Assembly: GCA_964507615.1 (NCBI GenBank)
Contig: CAZDPS010000001.1
Coordinates: forward strand, 25,777-89,776
From: an uncultured Candidatus Saccharibacteria bacterium
Lineage (GTDB): Bacteria > Patescibacteriota > Minisyncoccia > Phycocordibacterales > DATDWN01
Direction of reading: 5' to 3'
DNA: 64,000 nucleotides
The first letter of the stretch is position 1; every line of letters begins with the position of its first letter. Under the pieces are notes generated by a model. It made no database searches. It worked only from the letters and a program-made list of their open reading frames with translations, and was not told the DNA's origin. The position numbers and the translations under genes were made by a program. Of this stretch, positions 10,687 to 19,189 are shown in pieces.

Positions 10687-11301
10687 ATGAAACCATTTGA
10701 AGAAAAAAAATTTAACCTGCCTACCGGACAGGCAGGTATTAGTGAACTAAAAGGAATATCGGCCAAAACAATTGAGGAGCATTTGAAGCTTTATTCTGGA
10801 TATGTAAAAAACTTAAACAACATCTTTACACAAATCGGCGAACTAATGTCTGACCCAACTAAAAACGCATTTCTTATAGGAGAACTACATCGACGCACTG
10901 GTTTTGAATTCAACGGCATGAGAAATCATGAAGTTTACTTTGATTTACTTGAGGGTGGCTCTCAACCACTTCCAGAAAACTCTAAATTTAAAAAACAAAT
11001 GGAAACCCAAGCACCGTCTGTTGAAGCAGCGCTGGGAGGATTTAAAACTCTTGCAATGACTCGTGGTATCGGCTGGGCAATACTTTACTGGGACAAAGAG
11101 TCAGGACAACTAATTGCAACATGGGTTGATGAACAACACCTAGGACAACTTCAAGGATGCACACCAATCATCGCTCTAGACATGTGGGAACACTCATACG
11201 TTGCCGACTACCAACCAAGTGGAAAGAAACAATACGTAGAAGACTTCTTCAGCAATTTAAACTGGAGCAAAGTTGAAGAAAATTTTAATAGTGTTGTGTA
11301 A
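10687..11301 (+). CDS. Fe/Mn superoxide dismutase family protein
   Basis: C-terminal IIALDMWEHSYVADYQ matches the D-x-W-E-H-x-Y motif; N-terminal His motifs are divergent. Confidence 0.75.
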   Translation: MKPFEEKKFNLPTGQAGISELKGISAKTIEEHLKLYSGYVKNLNNIFTQIGELMSDPTKNAFLIGELHRRTGFEFNGMRNHEVYFDLLEGGSQPLPENSKFKKQMETQAPSVEAALGGFKTLAMTRGIGWAILYWDKESGQLIATWVDEQHLGQLQGCTPIIALDMWEHSYVADYQPSGKKQYVEDFFSNLNWSKVEENFNSVV

Positions 11302-11306
11302 AACTT

Positions 11307-11633
11307 TTAGAGCCAAGCTGCAAACATAAGCAGAATCCACAAAAGCAAAAATAAGACAAAACTAGTTAAACCTAATACCACAAAAACAACCCACAAAGTT
11401 TTTTTGACCACCTCTAACCCTGTGTGGCCTTTTTTTCTGAGAAATAAATATACAATTAAACCTAGAATAAAAATTATAGGCCAGATAATTCCTGCAAGTT
11501 CATCGTCCCACAAAATACTAAACATACTTCTAGAATTAGGTCCCCAACTCCCAACCAAAGCATCTACACCAAAACCCATCAATAAGAAACCCGCAATTGA
11601 ACAAATAGTCAAAATTTTATTTTTTTTGGTCAT
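11307..11633 (-). CDS. Small polytopic membrane protein (108 aa)
   Basis: Three or four hydrophobic helices; overlaps the comEC-like stop by a few codons. Confidence 0.5.
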   Translation of the reverse strand: MTKKNKILTICSIAGFLLMGFGVDALVGSWGPNSRSMFSILWDDELAGIIWPIIFILGLIVYLFLRKKGHTGLEVVKKTLWVVFVVLGLTSFVLFLLLWILLMFAAWL

Positions 11634-13089
11634 GTAAATATTTTAACATGAAAATAAGAGCTAAATAAACCATAATTAAAACCCCAAAAGAAAATGCTGG
11701 TAGGTTTAGTGCACCAAACGGAATACTTGCTCCGATGTGAACTACTGTGAGCTGATACCACAGAAGAATGTAGGTAAAAAATGCCGGAATAAAAGAAAGA
11801 TAAAGAGAAAATAATCCCAGAACGCCGGTGATAAACCCCAAAAACATTGTTAGTGGTATGGTACCCAAAATCAAAACGTTCACAGGTAGAGAAACCAGAG
11901 ATAGTATTCCCATATTGTAAATAAGGTATGGCAAAACTGTAATCTGGGTAGCTATGGTAGAAGAAACTATTTCTTGTAGACCAAACCTTTCGGTTATCCA
12001 AGATAAATATGGTGTTACGTGAGGAGTAACAAATATTAATCCAATTGTTGCCAGAACAGAAAGTTGAAAGGAAGGATCAAAGGCAAGTAGAAGCGGATTC
12101 GGAGCGAGCATCAAGACAATAGTAAAACCAAAGACTCTACTGGCTTTGTAATCCCTATTAAATTTTTTAGCAAACAAGGCAACCAAAACCATAATGGCTG
12201 CCCTCCAGGCACTAGCCCCTCCCCCAGAAAGAATAGTAAACAAAATTATACTAACGGCTCCAAAACCGAAAGACATATTCTTTGGTAAAAATTTAAAAAC
12301 CGCCATTATACTACTGGCCACAATAGCAATGTTGTACCCAGACAAAACAACAATATGAGAAACTCCTGTTTTTTGAAACTCTGTAAGTAGTTCTTTGCCT
12401 AAACTCTGTTTTGTGCCAAGAAGAAGTCCCGCAAGTAAACTGGACTCCGGTTCTGGCAGTGCGTCGCGAATAGAGTCTGTAAATTTTCTTTTTGTTTTAA
12501 AGAGAAGTGTCTTCACTAAACTACCATGACCACTTGATACAAATTCAACGTTTGTAAAACGACTTGTATACCACACACCTCGCACACGAAGATATCCCTT
12601 ATAATCAAAAATTCTTCCATTGGTTTCAAATTCCCCCGGCTCCTCTAGCACAACTTTCGCCCTGACCTTGTCTCCATAAGAAAACTCTGGATATATGGGA
12701 ACTGTCACTAATATTTTCTCTTTAATAGGAATAGTAGTGGTGCCACTCAACACACTTCTCACTCCAACAGTCAGTTTTGTATTAGTTTCTCTCACATCTG
12801 GCTCACCGACAATGATTCCTTCTATATTTATTTGCTTTCCAACATACTCATCTAGTTTGGAATCACTATATAAATCAGAAATCATAATCCTTCCAACCCC
12901 ACACAAAACTCCGAGCACAATAAACAAAGCGATATTTAAAATTTTGTGGCTGTTTTCATCCACAAAATATCTGTACACAAAAAATACAACAGTTAAGAAA
13001 ACAAGAGCAACAAAAAATCCGACGTTAATCGGAAAAATTGAACCCAGTGCTATGCCCCCTATAAATCCTAGAATAATAGAGAGGGCCAT
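11617..13089 (-). CDS. comEC: ComEC/Rec2 competence channel, membrane domains
   Basis: 490-aa polytopic ORF with an OB-like N-terminal region and competence-domain helices (GVSHIVVLSGYNIAIV...). Confidence 0.8.
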   Translation of the reverse strand: MALSIILGFIGGIALGSIFPINVGFFVALVFLTVVFFVYRYFVDENSHKILNIALFIVLGVLCGVGRIMISDLYSDSKLDEYVGKQINIEGIIVGEPDVRETNTKLTVGVRSVLSGTTTIPIKEKILVTVPIYPEFSYGDKVRAKVVLEEPGEFETNGRIFDYKGYLRVRGVWYTSRFTNVEFVSSGHGSLVKTLLFKTKRKFTDSIRDALPEPESSLLAGLLLGTKQSLGKELLTEFQKTGVSHIVVLSGYNIAIVASSIMAVFKFLPKNMSFGFGAVSIILFTILSGGGASAWRAAIMVLVALFAKKFNRDYKASRVFGFTIVLMLAPNPLLLAFDPSFQLSVLATIGLIFVTPHVTPYLSWITERFGLQEIVSSTIATQITVLPYLIYNMGILSLVSLPVNVLILGTIPLTMFLGFITGVLGLFSLYLSFIPAFFTYILLWYQLTVVHIGASIPFGALNLPAFSFGVLIMVYLALIFMLKYLHDQKK

Positions 13090-13094
13090 AATAT

Positions 13095-13556
13095 TTAATA
13101 CCCGGCTGGTGGCACTGTTTTCTTACCCAGCATACTTAAATTCATATTTTTTAACTCTTTATCTATTTTGAAAACAAACTTCTCTAATTTCTTCACCTCT
13201 TTTTCTGTCTTTGTAGAAAGTACGTACTCCAATGCTTTATCAAAGTCATTTTTAAATTTTTGGTTTATATCTTTCCATTTCACTCCTTTTAAAATATTTC
13301 CCACCTCATTTGAATATTCAAGAACTCCTTTCTTCATTAAAAAAGCTATGGACGGATACCCCAAATAACCTTTCCAAAAAGATGCGTTGTCATTTGACAT
13401 TACGGCATTCAATTCTGGATCATATTTTATTTCGTAAAACTTATTACCACTTGATGAAAAAACTTTACCACCTAAATCAGAAGTTTCGACTCTTCCATCA
13501 GCCACCGCACCCAGAGCTTCATAAATTTTTGTTATTGGTGGGTGTTTCCATTTCAT
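13095..13556 (-). CDS. Hypothetical protein (153 aa)
   Basis: Clean ORF, 2 nt from rnhA stop; no family recognised. Confidence 0.6.
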   Translation of the reverse strand: MKWKHPPITKIYEALGAVADGRVETSDLGGKVFSSSGNKFYEIKYDPELNAVMSNDNASFWKGYLGYPSIAFLMKKGVLEYSNEVGNILKGVKWKDINQKFKNDFDKALEYVLSTKTEKEVKKLEKFVFKIDKELKNMNLSMLGKKTVPPAGY

Positions 13557-13557
13557 A

Positions 13558-14232
13558 TTACTCTTTAAATTCTTTTATTATTTCTTCTTCATCAGCAGGA
13601 GAAGTAGATTTTTTATAACGGGCCCCAGAAACTCCATTCACCCGGGCTTTGCAGTCATCCCAAGTTTTGTGAACTTTTATTTCTCCGTCTACCATACTTA
13701 TATAAGAATAGGCTTTGCTTTTACTTTTTGTTTTACTCTTTGAATCTTTTGATTCTTTAATAGAAACATCAATACCATATCTTTCTTTGGAACCGTTATA
13801 CAAAACAACAGGCATTTTATCGGCAAAAGACGTAGCGATCACATCACACCTTTCGTTGCCTGCCGTGCCAGAATGCCCTTTTATTAATTTCCAATCAATT
13901 ATTTTGTGAGAAGTTAATTCAATTAATCTCTCCCACAAATCCTTATTTAAAACGTTCTCCTTTTGTGAAGTCTTCCATTTATTTTTCTTCCAACCTTTGA
14001 CCCAACGGGTTGCACCGTTCAGAACATAAGCTGAATCAGTATATATGGTCATCTCCCTCTCAGACGAAACCGACTCCAAGGCAGATATAACGGCTGTGAG
14101 TTCCATACGATTGTTTGTCGTGTGATCTTCTCTACCACCAAGTTCCATGGCTGAATCATCCGTAATAACAATAGCACCCCATCCGCCAGGACCAGGATTG
14201 CCTCTCGCGCTACCATCTGTAAAAATAATCAT
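13558..14232 (-). CDS. rnhA: Ribonuclease HI with C-terminal hybrid-binding (viroplasmin-like) domain
   Basis: MIIFTDGSARGNPGPGGWGAIV...TNNRMELTAV...; C-terminus YSYISMVDGEIKVHKTWDDCKARVNGVSGARYKKSTSPADEEEIIKEF resembles the RNase H1 HBD. Confidence 0.9.
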   Translation of the reverse strand: MIIFTDGSARGNPGPGGWGAIVITDDSAMELGGREDHTTNNRMELTAVISALESVSSEREMTIYTDSAYVLNGATRWVKGWKKNKWKTSQKENVLNKDLWERLIELTSHKIIDWKLIKGHSGTAGNERCDVIATSFADKMPVVLYNGSKERYGIDVSIKESKDSKSKTKSKSKAYSYISMVDGEIKVHKTWDDCKARVNGVSGARYKKSTSPADEEEIIKEFKE

Positions 14233-14291
14233 TTTTCTATTATAACAAAAACAAATAAAATAACTCTATCTACATTTGCCTTATAAGAAAA

Positions 14292-14324
14292 AGGTGGTGG
14301 TTGCCCGAGAGCTAACCACCACCT
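14292..14324 (-). terminator. Intrinsic terminator of GC-rich island 2
   Basis: Perfect 11-bp stem aggtggtggtt/aaccaccacct followed on the minus strand by tttttctt. Confidence 0.75.
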
Positions 14325-14344
14325 ACCGACGTTCTTGTGGGAGG

Positions 14345-14560
14345 TCACCGACGACGAGCTGCTATCATCTTCCCCAAACCGTCGATCAGCTCGGCCAACG
14401 CTAAGCCCAAACCCACCAAGAACGCGAGCTCACCCGTGAGTGGAATGACTGTAGCATCCAGTACGGGAATACCAAGTAGGTCGATGGGCCAGGACAATAG
14501 TCCAATCCCAGCCAGAACCAGCACGGTCGGCAGTAGTAACCGGAACAGCAACTTGATCAT
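14345..14560 (-). CDS. Small hydrophobic protein (71 aa), GC-rich island 2
   Basis: MIKLLFRLLLPTVLVLAGIGLLSWP...GELAFLVGLGLALAELI...AARRR (two predicted TM helices); SD aaggagg 5 nt before ATG; own promoter TTGACT-17-TATAAT (14605-14577). Confidence 0.6.
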   Translation of the reverse strand: MIKLLFRLLLPTVLVLAGIGLLSWPIDLLGIPVLDATVIPLTGELAFLVGLGLALAELIDGLGKMIAARRR

Positions 14561-14576
14561 GTGACCTCCTTTTATT

Positions 14577-14605
14577 ATTATAGTACAATAAAAAATATAA
14601 GTCAA
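14577..14605 (-). promoter_or_regulatory. Sigma70-like promoter for the 71-aa ORF
   Basis: Minus strand TTGACT (14605-14600), 17 nt, TATAAT (14582-14577). Confidence 0.6.
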
Positions 14606-14615
14606 GTCACATATA

Positions 14616-15019
14616 CAAAAAGGGCCCGCGTTGCAAGCAACGGGGCCCTGGTCTGAGAGAATCCGCAAATCCTCTCAATGGACCTGTTAGTCGAGTGATC
14701 GGCTCACTCTGTGCCACCGGGGACCTACCCCCCGGCTAGGACTCAGTTCTTCATTCACACTCCTTGATGAATTTGGAACCACGCGAGTCTTGGATTACCA
14801 CTTAACCAACCCGATACGGGCGTCAGCGTTCCGGCTCAACCATCACCCATTTGCCCCTTCTGGAGCTATGGACCTGATTCGACTTCGCTTTTTTGGAATG
14901 ACCATCAAGTGGTCAGACGCGTAGGCGGTCATCGAGATATTGGTCCTTATTGTTTGGGGACGGCCTTATTTGCCTTTCCGAAGGGTTTTGTGACAAACCT
15001 CTCTCGCTTTTATTTAACT
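14616..15019 (-). ncRNA. Candidate structured ncRNA of about 400 nt (unclassified), GC-rich island 2
   Basis: Bounded by promoter TTGACA-17-TATACT (15054-15026) and terminator hairpin 14621-14649 plus U-tract; no ORF longer than about 30 codons; many short GC-rich hairpins (ccgggg/ccccgg, gagtga/tcactc, tgacca/tggtca, tgagag/ctctca). Confidence 0.5.
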
Positions 15020-15025
15020 GTGTTA

Positions 15026-15054
15026 AGTATAGCACAGCACCATGTTTCTGTCAA
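15026..15054 (-). promoter_or_regulatory. Sigma70-like promoter of the island 2 ncRNA
   Basis: aatcgcTTGACA-17 nt-TATACT; the -35 box starts 5 nt after the recJ stop; flank homologous to the island 6 promoter. Confidence 0.6.
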
Positions 15055-15058
15055 GCGA

Positions 15059-16795
15059 TTAAAATATATCCACTATTCGGAGGCGAAGTTCGGGAAAATT
15101 ACGAAATTGTGATTTTTCAAGAGTTGCCACCAAGTTTATGCTGTCCCCCACACCTAGAGGCACAGTAAATTTGTCTGGAGTTGAAAAAAATGCGATAGCT
15201 GTGACATCCGAGTTTTTAGAATTTTTAAATTTCAATTCCAAATGATTTTGTTCTTTGCCAAAAAGTTTTACATTACTTATTTTTATATTTTCAAAAAGGA
15301 AAAGTGGTTTCGGATTATCTAAACCAAAAGGAGCGAACCTCTCTATTAGTCTATATGTATCCCAACTGACTTCATCCAAGGATAATTTTTTATCGAGTAG
15401 TGTATCTTCTGTCACTTTATTCTCTTTCATCATTTCCAAGAAAGCCTCGTTCAGCCTATCTTCCAAAGTGTGAATGTTTTCCTGCATAACAGAAAATCCA
15501 CCTGCACCTTTGTGTCCACCATAGTCCACAAAAACATCTTTCACTTTTTCCATAAGAGAAACAACATCAGTGTCTCCACCGGCACGACATGAACCTTTTA
15601 TTATTGCGCTTCCATTACTTCCTTCCCTTCCCCAGAAAAAAACAGGGCGATTGTGTTCATCAGAGAAACTATTTGCCACGAGTCCTAATAGACTTGGCTT
15701 CCATTCTGGATTTCCAAAAACCAAAACGTGTTTCATTGTTTCGTCACGATCTGCAATTTTTTTCTTGATTTCTTTTACCATACTTCCCACCACACCTTTT
15801 CTCTCGTCATTTTTATTATTCAAATGCTCAGCCAAAACTCCAGCTGACACTTCATCCGTAGTAGACATCAGAGAAAACGCGTCATGAGGAATACCCATTC
15901 TAGATGCTGCATTGATACGAGGGGTGATCATGAAAGCAATGTCATCCTCTGTTGCTGTTTGTTGGTTTATTTTAAGTAATGAAAAAAGTTTCTGCAGTCC
16001 AACTCGTGGACTTTTCTGCAAAACTTTTAATCCGTAAAAAGACAGGACTCTGTTCTCCCCAACGAGCGGTACCATATCAGAAAGAGTAGCGAGCCCCACC
16101 ATATCAAGCAACCACTTCTCCCAACCAACCGGAATCGTGGTTGCAATTTCTAATTTCAAATTTCTAATTTCTAAAATCAATGCTTGTACAACTTTAAAAA
16201 TAACCCCGGCACCGCATAACATTTTTTCTGGATAATCACATCCTTTTTGTTTTGGATTTATTATGGCAAATGCTTTTGGTAATTTCTTACCCGGTATATG
16301 ATGGTCAGTGATTACTACATCAATACCAAAACTATTGGCCAGATCAACTTGTGTAACATCAGTAATTCCACAATCAATAGTAATGATTAGTTTCACATTT
16401 TGAGAATTTAAATTCTCTATCGCTTCGTCATTCAAACCAAAACCCTCTTCGTTACGTAGCGGAATATAATTTACAAAATTATTGAAATTTATTTTTTTAA
16501 AGAAGTCGTGCAAAACAACAGCACCTGGAATTCCATCCGCATCATAATCACTATATATTCCAATTTTTTCATCCTTCTCGATTGCCTTCAAAATTCTATC
16601 CACAACCTTTTTCATATCCTTCAAAAGATAAGGGTCGTGAAGATGTAACAAATAATCAGGGTTGAGAAACTGTTCAGAACCCTCTACATCACTTATTCCC
16701 CGAGCACATAACATAGACCTTACAAGCGGATGATAAGGTTTCAAAGTCTCATCAACGTTCTGTGTAACAGGATTTCGTAAGGCGTATTTTTTCAT
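15059..16795 (-). CDS. recJ: Single-stranded-DNA-specific exonuclease RecJ
   Basis: DHH family motifs (IYSDYDADGIPG, ITIDCG, VVITDHHIPG); start trimmed to MKKYALRNP... Confidence 0.85.
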   Translation of the reverse strand: MKKYALRNPVTQNVDETLKPYHPLVRSMLCARGISDVEGSEQFLNPDYLLHLHDPYLLKDMKKVVDRILKAIEKDEKIGIYSDYDADGIPGAVVLHDFFKKINFNNFVNYIPLRNEEGFGLNDEAIENLNSQNVKLIITIDCGITDVTQVDLANSFGIDVVITDHHIPGKKLPKAFAIINPKQKGCDYPEKMLCGAGVIFKVVQALILEIRNLKLEIATTIPVGWEKWLLDMVGLATLSDMVPLVGENRVLSFYGLKVLQKSPRVGLQKLFSLLKINQQTATEDDIAFMITPRINAASRMGIPHDAFSLMSTTDEVSAGVLAEHLNNKNDERKGVVGSMVKEIKKKIADRDETMKHVLVFGNPEWKPSLLGLVANSFSDEHNRPVFFWGREGSNGSAIIKGSCRAGGDTDVVSLMEKVKDVFVDYGGHKGAGGFSVMQENIHTLEDRLNEAFLEMMKENKVTEDTLLDKKLSLDEVSWDTYRLIERFAPFGLDNPKPLFLFENIKISNVKLFGKEQNHLELKFKNSKNSDVTAIAFFSTPDKFTVPLGVGDSINLVATLEKSQFRNFPELRLRIVDIF

Positions 16796-16856
16796 TTCAT
16801 TAGTGTAACACACTAATATAGACATAAATAACAACAAATATGATAAAATATTGTCT

Positions 16857-17282
16857 ATGGAAAACTGTATATTTTGCAAAATAGTGAAAGGAGATCTTCC
16901 TTCACATCGGGTTTATGAGGATGATAATTTTTTAGCATTTCTAGATATCAATCCTGAGTCTCCCGGACACACTTTAGTTATACCGAAAGAACACTACCGC
17001 TGGGTTTGGGACCTGCCCGCTATGCCTGAGCAAAGCGACGGCAGGCAGGTGTCACCAAATATTGGGGATTATTTTAGAGTGGCCCAGAAAATTGCACTAG
17101 CACAGAAGAAAGCTTTCAACACCGACTTGGTTATTTCTAGAGTTGTTGGAGAAGAAGTTCATCATGCCCATATCTGGGTATTCCCTGCTTCTTTCAACAG
17201 AGGAGAGTTTGAAAAAACAGCGGGTGACAAAAAAGACTTCGCCGGAAATGCAGAAAAAATAAAAAAGGAATTAGAAAACTAA
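16857..17282 (+). CDS. HIT-family (histidine triad) protein
   Basis: MENCIFCKIVKGDLPSHRVYEDD...; HHAHIWVFP histidine triad. Confidence 0.9.
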   Translation: MENCIFCKIVKGDLPSHRVYEDDNFLAFLDINPESPGHTLVIPKEHYRWVWDLPAMPEQSDGRQVSPNIGDYFRVAQKIALAQKKAFNTDLVISRVVGEEVHHAHIWVFPASFNRGEFEKTAGDKKDFAGNAEKIKKELEN

Positions 17283-18037
17283 ATTGACTCAACTAGTTTT
17301 ATTATTTCAATAAAATCTTTTGCTCTTAAACTTTCTCGTCCAACTAGGAGGCCCGAAACATTTCCATCACGAACAAGCGAGTCTGCGTTGACCCTATCAA
17401 CATCTCCTCCATAAAGAATTTTCATACTGTCTGAAAAATTTCCACACAAATCTTTCAAAACTTTTTTAATAAAAATAGAAGTCTCAAGTAGGTCCCTTGG
17501 GCTCATGGACTCCCTCGCTCCGATAGCCCACAAAGGTTCGTAAGCAATAATAACTTTGTCTAACATTTTTTTTGGAACATCTTTGAGTCCAGATGTGATT
17601 TGCTGTTTTATGAAATTATAAAAATCCCCATTTTGATCTCTCGTCTCCTCCCCTACACAAAGTATGGCCGTCATACCGCCACCCACCACTGCTCTAACTT
17701 TTTTATTTATCAGCTCATCACTCTCTCCCATTTTTCTTCTCTCTGAATGTCCTACAATCACATAGTCAACTTTGAAATCTGATAGCTCGGTGTAACTCAC
17801 TTCACCTGTGAAAGGTCCTTGTGATTCATAACTAACATTTTGAGCACCAAGAAAGAAATGAGTATCTGAAAGAGAAGTTAAGGGTGACAAAAAAACAAAT
17901 GGAGGACAGATGACCACATCTGTTTTTTTTAATTCTCGTGTTCCTCTCTTTACACTCTGCGCTAGTTTTTTTGCTTCATCCAAACTTTGTGGGTTCATTT
18001 TCCAATTTCCCACAACAAGCTTTTTAGATTTTTTCAT
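17279..18037 (-). CDS. tpiA: Triosephosphate isomerase
   Basis: VVGNWKMN, VGHSERR, AYEPLWAIG motifs; start trimmed to MKKSKKLVVGNWKMN. Confidence 0.9.
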   Translation of the reverse strand: MKKSKKLVVGNWKMNPQSLDEAKKLAQSVKRGTRELKKTDVVICPPFVFLSPLTSLSDTHFFLGAQNVSYESQGPFTGEVSYTELSDFKVDYVIVGHSERRKMGESDELINKKVRAVVGGGMTAILCVGEETRDQNGDFYNFIKQQITSGLKDVPKKMLDKVIIAYEPLWAIGARESMSPRDLLETSIFIKKVLKDLCGNFSDSMKILYGGDVDRVNADSLVRDGNVSGLLVGRESLRAKDFIEIIKLVESI

Positions 18038-18063
18038 AGATATAATTGTACCACAGCAGTTTC

Positions 18064-18149
18064 TATACGAAAAAACCCGATACAGAGAATCTGTATCGAG
18101 TGTGCAGGTAGGGCGCACCGAAGCGCCCTACCTTGAATGTGCTACCTGC
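18064..18149 (-). terminator. Tandem-hairpin terminator module of island 3 (shared with island 4)
   Basis: Hairpins aggtagggcgc/gcgccctacct (18106-18133) and cgatacag/ctgtatcg (18078-18098) followed by tttttt on the minus strand; first 41 nt identical to 24663-24703. Confidence 0.75.
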
Positions 18150-18160
18150 CCGCTCAGGAA

Positions 18161-18850
18161 CTAGCAGGCGGGCTTGCTTGCGACTTCTTCCGTCGCGAAG
18201 GCGGCTGGGGTCAGTTGCGGGAGAACGAAGCGACGCCCGTAGCCACCGTACCAGACGTAGGCGTCGGACAGCCGGCGAGCTTGGACGTCAAGGCCATCAG
18301 GGTGGACGCTCACGCCCGCAACGAAGAACCCGTTGCCCTCCTTCAGGAGAAAGAAGGTCCCGTAGCCGTCTTTGCGGAGCCAGCCCCGATGAGTCTCCAC
18401 GAAGGAGATCACTTGGTCCTGGGTCAGGACCAACTTGTCTAGATCTGCGCCGAGACTGTTGTAGATGTCGGTGAAGTCGCCATCGCGAACGAGCTCATGG
18501 ACTTCGACGTCCGTGTCGGGAGTTGCCACCCCCTCCACATCCAAGCCGTAGTTCACGAAGTCGCGGTCGATGTAACCCCGAAACACCTTGTCGACCTTGG
18601 CGATCGTTCGCTGGCCGGAGCATTCGGAGATGGTGAGCTTCGTCCCACCCAAGATGAGGCGGAGGTAGGGTTGAATTGTGAAGATCGGCTTTGGCTTCGG
18701 CACAATGTCCGCCTCGCCATCGAGGTAGGTCTTGACCATCCGAAGACGACCACCTTGACCGAGCAGGGTCACCTGTGACGGAGTGAACCCGTCTTCCTCT
18801 AGGCGATCCGACAACCACTTCATTTGATCGATTGTGTAGAGTGAGGACAT
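18161..18850 (-). CDS. Hypothetical protein (229 aa), GC-rich island 3
   Basis: Only frame with normal amino-acid composition in the GC-rich block; start taken at MSSLYTIDQMKW; C-terminus AYVWYGGYGRRFVLPQ resembles the island 4 protein. Confidence 0.65.
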   Translation of the reverse strand: MSSLYTIDQMKWLSDRLEEDGFTPSQVTLLGQGGRLRMVKTYLDGEADIVPKPKPIFTIQPYLRLILGGTKLTISECSGQRTIAKVDKVFRGYIDRDFVNYGLDVEGVATPDTDVEVHELVRDGDFTDIYNSLGADLDKLVLTQDQVISFVETHRGWLRKDGYGTFFLLKEGNGFFVAGVSVHPDGLDVQARRLSDAYVWYGGYGRRFVLPQLTPAAFATEEVASKPAC

Positions 18851-18981
18851 CGTCCTACCCTTTCTGGCACATCGTGCCAATGCTGGCCCAGCCCATGCTT
18901 TGCCACAGCAGAGAAAGCCCTGTTTTAGGACACTTTCTGTTGTGGCAAATGCAAGTAGTATTTTAAAGAACTATTTCCAGA

Positions 18982-19010
18982 ATTAAATACCTAAAACCAC
19001 CATGCGTCAA
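18982..19010 (-). promoter_or_regulatory. Sigma70-like promoter of island 3
   Basis: TTGACG (19010-19005), 17 nt, TTTAAT (18987-18982); followed by a 5' UTR of about 130 nt with inverted repeat tttgccacaacagaaag/ctttctctgctgtggcaaa. Confidence 0.5.
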
Positions 19011-19040
19011 TACATAAGTCCAGTCTATGTATTCCATAAA

Positions 19041-19189
19041 CTTTCATAATTTGGATGAAATCCCTAGGGCTTTCAGATTTGAGACAAGGTCGCGTATAAA
19101 ATAAAAAACAATTCCGGAGGTGTACATGTCGTACATTGAGGAAATTGTTTTTTATTTTAGACGATGAGATTGGCCAAATGTGGAAGCCC
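19041..19189 (+). repeat. Family A palindromic repeat, copy A2
   Basis: gagacaaggtcgcgtataaaat...ggaggtgtac-atgtc-gtacattgagg...attttagacgatgagattggccaaat; outer stem gggcttt/gaagccc abuts the stop of the PilX-like gene. Confidence 0.7.

Noticed and set aside
14616-15019. Island 2 ncRNA as RNase P RNA, tmRNA, SRP or 6S RNA
   Set aside because: No GGAAAGUCCGG / ACAGAA P4 strands, no tRNA-like acceptor/T-arm ends or tag ORF, and no SRP GGAA-tetraloop/AGCA motif. Only an Rfam search could settle it.
18133-18474. Plus-strand ORFs (113 and 101 aa) and other overlapping frames inside GC-rich island 3
   Set aside because: Extremely Arg/Gly/Pro-rich, with no SD. This is typical of antisense frames in high-GC DNA. 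The minus-strand 229-aa frame has normal composition plus a promoter and terminators.
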